From the NCBI GenBank assembly GCA_963783385.1, contig CAWANJ010000003.1:32001-96000 (forward strand): a DNA stretch of 64,000 nt, in the 5' to 3' direction. A program made the translations under genes and the position numbers. This document shows, piece after piece, positions 60,734-64,000 of this stretch. Within the stretch, counting starts at the first letter, position 1. Every line of letters starts with the position of its first letter. Origin of the DNA: an uncultured Gemmatimonadales bacterium (GTDB taxonomy: Bacteria > Gemmatimonadota > Gemmatimonadetes > Palauibacterales > Palauibacteraceae). Below the pieces are notes generated by a model, which had not been told where the DNA came from, did not search any database, and saw only the letters and a list, made by a program, of their open reading frames with translations.

Positions 60734-62500
60734 ATGCGCGCGAAGGCCGGAGTCCGATGGAGCTCGCTGCTCGCCCTGGCGTCGGCAATGGGTGCCGCCG
60801 CCCTGGCCACCGCCTGCGGGCCCTCCGCCCGGGCCGCCGATCCGCCGCCGGCCTCGACGAGCTTTCGGGTCACCTTCCCCGACTCGCTGCGGTCGACGCC
60901 GGTCACGGGCCGCATGTTCGTGGTGGTCAGCCGGGACTCCTCGCCTCCGCCCCGGCTGCAGGCCGGCTCCTTCGTCCAGACCATCCCAATGTTCGCCGTG
61001 GACGTGGACTCGCTCGCCCCGGGGCAGGCGGCCACGATCGACGGGTCCACCCCGGGCTATCCGCTGCAAGCCCTCGCCGACCTGCCGCCCGGCGACTACT
61101 TCGTGCAGGCGCTCCTCAACGTCTACACGCGGTTCCAGCGCTCCGACGGACACACGATCTGGGCCCACATGGACCAATGGGAGGGGCAGCAATTCAACAC
61201 GTCGCCCGGGAACCTGGTCAGCGACGTGCAGAAGGTGCACCTGGATCCGTCCAGCGGGTGGAACGTGTCGCTGAAGCTCCGTCACCAGATCCCGCCCATC
61301 CGGGTCCCGCCGGACACGAAGTGGGTGAAGCGGGTGAAGATCCAGAGCGACCTGCTCACCAAGTTCTGGGGCCACCCCATGTACATCGGGGCCACGGTGC
61401 TGCTTCCGCAGGGCTACGACGACCATCCGAACGTCCGCTACCCGGTCGTGTTCGAGCAGGGTCACTTCGGACTGGGCGCGCCGTTCGGGTTCAGTCCCGA
61501 CAGCCAGCCGCTGCCCGGGTTCGTGCGGGACATGTTCGGGAGCCTCAACCGGGAGACCGGCCACCGGTTCTACCGCGAGTGGACCTCGCCCGGCTTCCCG
61601 CGCATGATCGCGGTCACCTTCCAGCACCCGACGCCCTACTTCGACGACTCGTACGCGGTGAACTCCGCCAACGACGGGCCGTACGGGGACGCGATCCTGA
61701 AGGAGCTCATCCCCTACCTGGAGAGCCACTTCCGCATGATCCGCCAGCCGTGGGCGCGCACGCTGACCGGCGGGTCGACGGGCGGCTGGGAGTCCATCGC
61801 CCTTCAGATCTACCACACCGACTTCTTCGATGGGACGTGGACGCTGTATCCCGACCCGGTGGACTTCCGCTCCTACGACATGGTGAACATCTACCAGGAC
61901 TCGAGCGCCTTCGTGTTCCAGCACGGCGAGCCGGGCGGACTCCCGTTCGCTCCGATCACCACGTGGACCCACCCCGAGCGCTACATCATGCGGCTCGCCG
62001 ATGGCCAGCCCGTGATCTCCGTGCGGGAGTTCAGCCAGCTCGAGGCGGTGCTCGGCAGCCACGGCCGCTCGGGCCAGCAGCTCAACGCGTGGGAGGCGGT
62101 GTTCGGGCCGGTGGGGCAGGACGGGTACCCGAAGCCGCTGTGGGACAAGCGCACCGGGCACATCGACCACTCGGTGGCGGAATACATGAAGGAGCACGGC
62201 TACGACCTCAGGGCCTACCTGGCCTCGCACTGGTCCGAGATCGGACCGAAGCTGAAGGGGAAGATCCACGTGGACGTGGGGGACGCCGACAACTTCTACC
62301 TCAACCTGGCCGTCTACCGGCTGCAGGCGTTCATGGACTCGACCTCGAACCCGCACGTTCCGGGCACCTTCCACTTCGGAAGGCCGGAGAAGAGCCACGG
62401 CTGGCAGCACACGACGACCGCCGGGATCCTGCGCGAGATGGAGCGGTGGATCGTGTCGCAGGCCCCGAAGGGCGCTCCGATGGGCTGGCGCTACCGCTAG
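60734..62500 (+). CDS. Putative esterase-family (alpha/beta hydrolase) lipoprotein
   Basis: ATAC lipobox, YAVNSANDGPY, GGSTGGW nucleophile elbow, DPVDF, GDADNFYL. Confidence 0.8.
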   Translation: MRAKAGVRWSSLLALASAMGAAALATACGPSARAADPPPASTSFRVTFPDSLRSTPVTGRMFVVVSRDSSPPPRLQAGSFVQTIPMFAVDVDSLAPGQAATIDGSTPGYPLQALADLPPGDYFVQALLNVYTRFQRSDGHTIWAHMDQWEGQQFNTSPGNLVSDVQKVHLDPSSGWNVSLKLRHQIPPIRVPPDTKWVKRVKIQSDLLTKFWGHPMYIGATVLLPQGYDDHPNVRYPVVFEQGHFGLGAPFGFSPDSQPLPGFVRDMFGSLNRETGHRFYREWTSPGFPRMIAVTFQHPTPYFDDSYAVNSANDGPYGDAILKELIPYLESHFRMIRQPWARTLTGGSTGGWESIALQIYHTDFFDGTWTLYPDPVDFRSYDMVNIYQDSSAFVFQHGEPGGLPFAPITTWTHPERYIMRLADGQPVISVREFSQLEAVLGSHGRSGQQLNAWEAVFGPVGQDGYPKPLWDKRTGHIDHSVAEYMKEHGYDLRAYLASHWSEIGPKLKGKIHVDVGDADNFYLNLAVYRLQAFMDSTSNPHVPGTFHFGRPEKSHGWQHTTTAGILREMERWIVSQAPKGAPMGWRYR

Positions 62501-62568
62501 CCCAGGTGGGGGACGGGCGGGCGGCGGCGCCGCGCGCGACGGACTCGTGGAGGCCAGCGGCGGCGGGG

Positions 62569-63084
62569 TCACCGCCGGCGGGACACCCACCAGTGGCCGG
62601 TGGCCAGGACGCCGGCGCTCTCCGTGCTCGACTCGAACGTCCCCACGATCGAGTCGCCGCTCACCACGCCCCGGAAGCTCGTGAGGAGCACGGCGCCCGT
62701 GTCGGGGTCCCGGTAGGGGTCCAGGCAGCCGCGCACGCGCCCGTCGCTCACGCCCACGAACCGTATGGTGAGGAAGTGCGGGGACCGGGAGTCGTCCACA
62801 CGCACGCCGCTCCGGTCCCGGTCCAGGGCGTGTAACGGCTCGCTGCGGCCGGAGGGGATCATCTGCACGTCGCCCCGGGCCGTGTCGCTCCCCGCGCTCA
62901 GCTCGAAGGCGATGGATCCATAGCGGCCGGTGGCCTGGCTCTCGTAGCGGCCGGCCCACCGACCGGACAGCGTCTGGATGGCCGGCGTCTCGCCCGTCAC
63001 GGGCACGGGCGGAGAGGCGGTGGCGCACGCGCTGACCAGGAGCAGGGTCACGGCGAATCCGACCGATCTCGTCGAGCGTCTCAT
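62569..63084 (-). CDS. Hypothetical lipoprotein
   Basis: MRRSTRSVGFAVTLLLVSAC lipobox, beta-rich; GGAGG SD. Confidence 0.7.
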   Translation of the reverse strand: MRRSTRSVGFAVTLLLVSACATASPPVPVTGETPAIQTLSGRWAGRYESQATGRYGSIAFELSAGSDTARGDVQMIPSGRSEPLHALDRDRSGVRVDDSRSPHFLTIRFVGVSDGRVRGCLDPYRDPDTGAVLLTSFRGVVSGDSIVGTFESSTESAGVLATGHWWVSRRR

Positions 63085-63416
63085 CGGCACCTCCTCGGCT
63101 CGGGTCCGGAGACGATGCCGTGCGGGCCCCGTCCCGGTTCCCGAATGGCACCTCCGCATCCTCACGCTACCGGTCCAGACCGCATCATACTGTCGGGAAT
63201 AGGTGGAAAGACGCGTGGGGAGGTCGACCCGCGCTCCCGTGGGACAGAAGGGGCGCCCGCTGCCCGGAGGGCACCGTCGGTCCACCAGGAGTGCCCGCAG
63301 GACCGACCCCGGCGGACCCCTGCGGTGTAGAGTCGGGTGCCCCGCCGCGTCCGCCTCGGCCGGGGCGCCAGCGGGCCGACGCGAGGTCCCGACCAAGCCG
63401 CAAGCGGAGCGATGCC

Positions 63417-64000
63417 ATGGCTGCCACCCGACCGACCGTGCATGGACTTCATCACGTCACCTCGATCGCCGCCGCGCCCCAGGAGAACCTGGACTTCTAC
63501 GTCGGCGTCATGGGACTGCGCCTGGTCAAGCGGTCCGTGAATCAGGACGCACCCGGCACCTACCACCTGTTCTACGCCGACGAGGCGGGCACGCCGGGCA
63601 CGGATCTCACCTTCTTCCCGTGGCCCGACATGGCGCCGGTGCGCGAGGGGTCCGGGCAGGCGCGCGAGGTCCAGTTCGGTGTCGCCCCCGGGAGCGCCGG
63701 ATGGTGGCGCGAGCGGCTCGAGTCGCGCGGCTTCGAGGCGGACACGCCGGCTCCCCGCTTCGGAGAGTCGACGCTGCCGCTCCGGGATCCGCACGGCCAC
63801 CGGATCGCCCTGGTGGAGACGGAGGACGAGCGTCCCTGGGTCCCGTGGGAGGGCGCCACGGTCCCGGCCGAGAGGCAGCTTCGCGGGATGCACGCCGTGC
63901 GCATGGTCGTGCGGGAGCTGGCTCCGACGCGCCGCGTGCTGGAGGAGGTGCTCGGCTTCGAGGAGGTGGGCGAGGAAGACGGGTGGAGGCGCTTCGGGGT
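63417..64000 (+). CDS. Ring-cleaving dioxygenase / VOC family (MhqO-like), partial
   Basis: Not in the ORF track: GLHHVTSIA..NLDFY..GLRLVKRSVNQDAPGTYHLFYAD..GTDLTFFPW. Confidence 0.9.
   Translation, partial: MAATRPTVHGLHHVTSIAAAPQENLDFYVGVMGLRLVKRSVNQDAPGTYHLFYADEAGTPGTDLTFFPWPDMAPVREGSGQAREVQFGVAPGSAGWWRERLESRGFEADTPAPRFGESTLPLRDPHGHRIALVETEDERPWVPWEGATVPAERQLRGMHAVRMVVRELAPTRRVLEEVLGFEEVGEEDGWRRFG

Noticed and set aside
1-64000. CRISPR arrays, tRNA/rRNA genes, transposases, integrases, prophage genes
   Set aside because: No regularly spaced repeats or recognisable signatures were seen by eye.

Overview
High-GC (about 70% by eye) bacterial DNA. The gene repertoire suggests Gemmatimonadota, but that is an inference. 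Many single-base frameshifts in conserved genes look like long-read indel errors. From left to right the window holds: (1) a dynamin-like GTPase under a fluoride riboswitch; (2) an mddA / hydrolase-LuxR / FAD-oxidase block; (3) mntR-mntH; (4) a VPS10-type glycosyl hydrolase, an MBL-fold lipoprotein, DinB, and OsmC and TetR remnants; (5) uppP; (6) four tandem, translationally coupled paralogues that read as circularly permuted RimK-like ATP-grasp ligases, directly downstream of an arsM-metallophosphoesterase-acr3 operon with a divergent arsR; (7) a 5'-truncated second mddA; (8) a 16-kb korAB-hypothetical-rnfB-PFOR(+ferredoxin)-rnfCDGEA-apbE energy operon; (9) two convergent small 5-Cys proteins; (10) a hypoxia/dormancy-like block (DUF1622, Pcm-erythromycin esterase, ackA, cfa, desaturase) with a recurring TGGGGAA-n-TCCCCA box; (11) a YaiO-HEAT-GT2 operon with a divergent EAL gene; (12) a fatty-acid hydroxylase with a Rieske ferredoxin, purEK, an esterase, a lipoprotein and a ring-cleaving dioxygenase. 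The best candidates for new biology are the four-gene permuted ATP-grasp array and the fluoride-riboswitch-controlled dynamin. No tRNA, rRNA, CRISPR array or IS element was seen.
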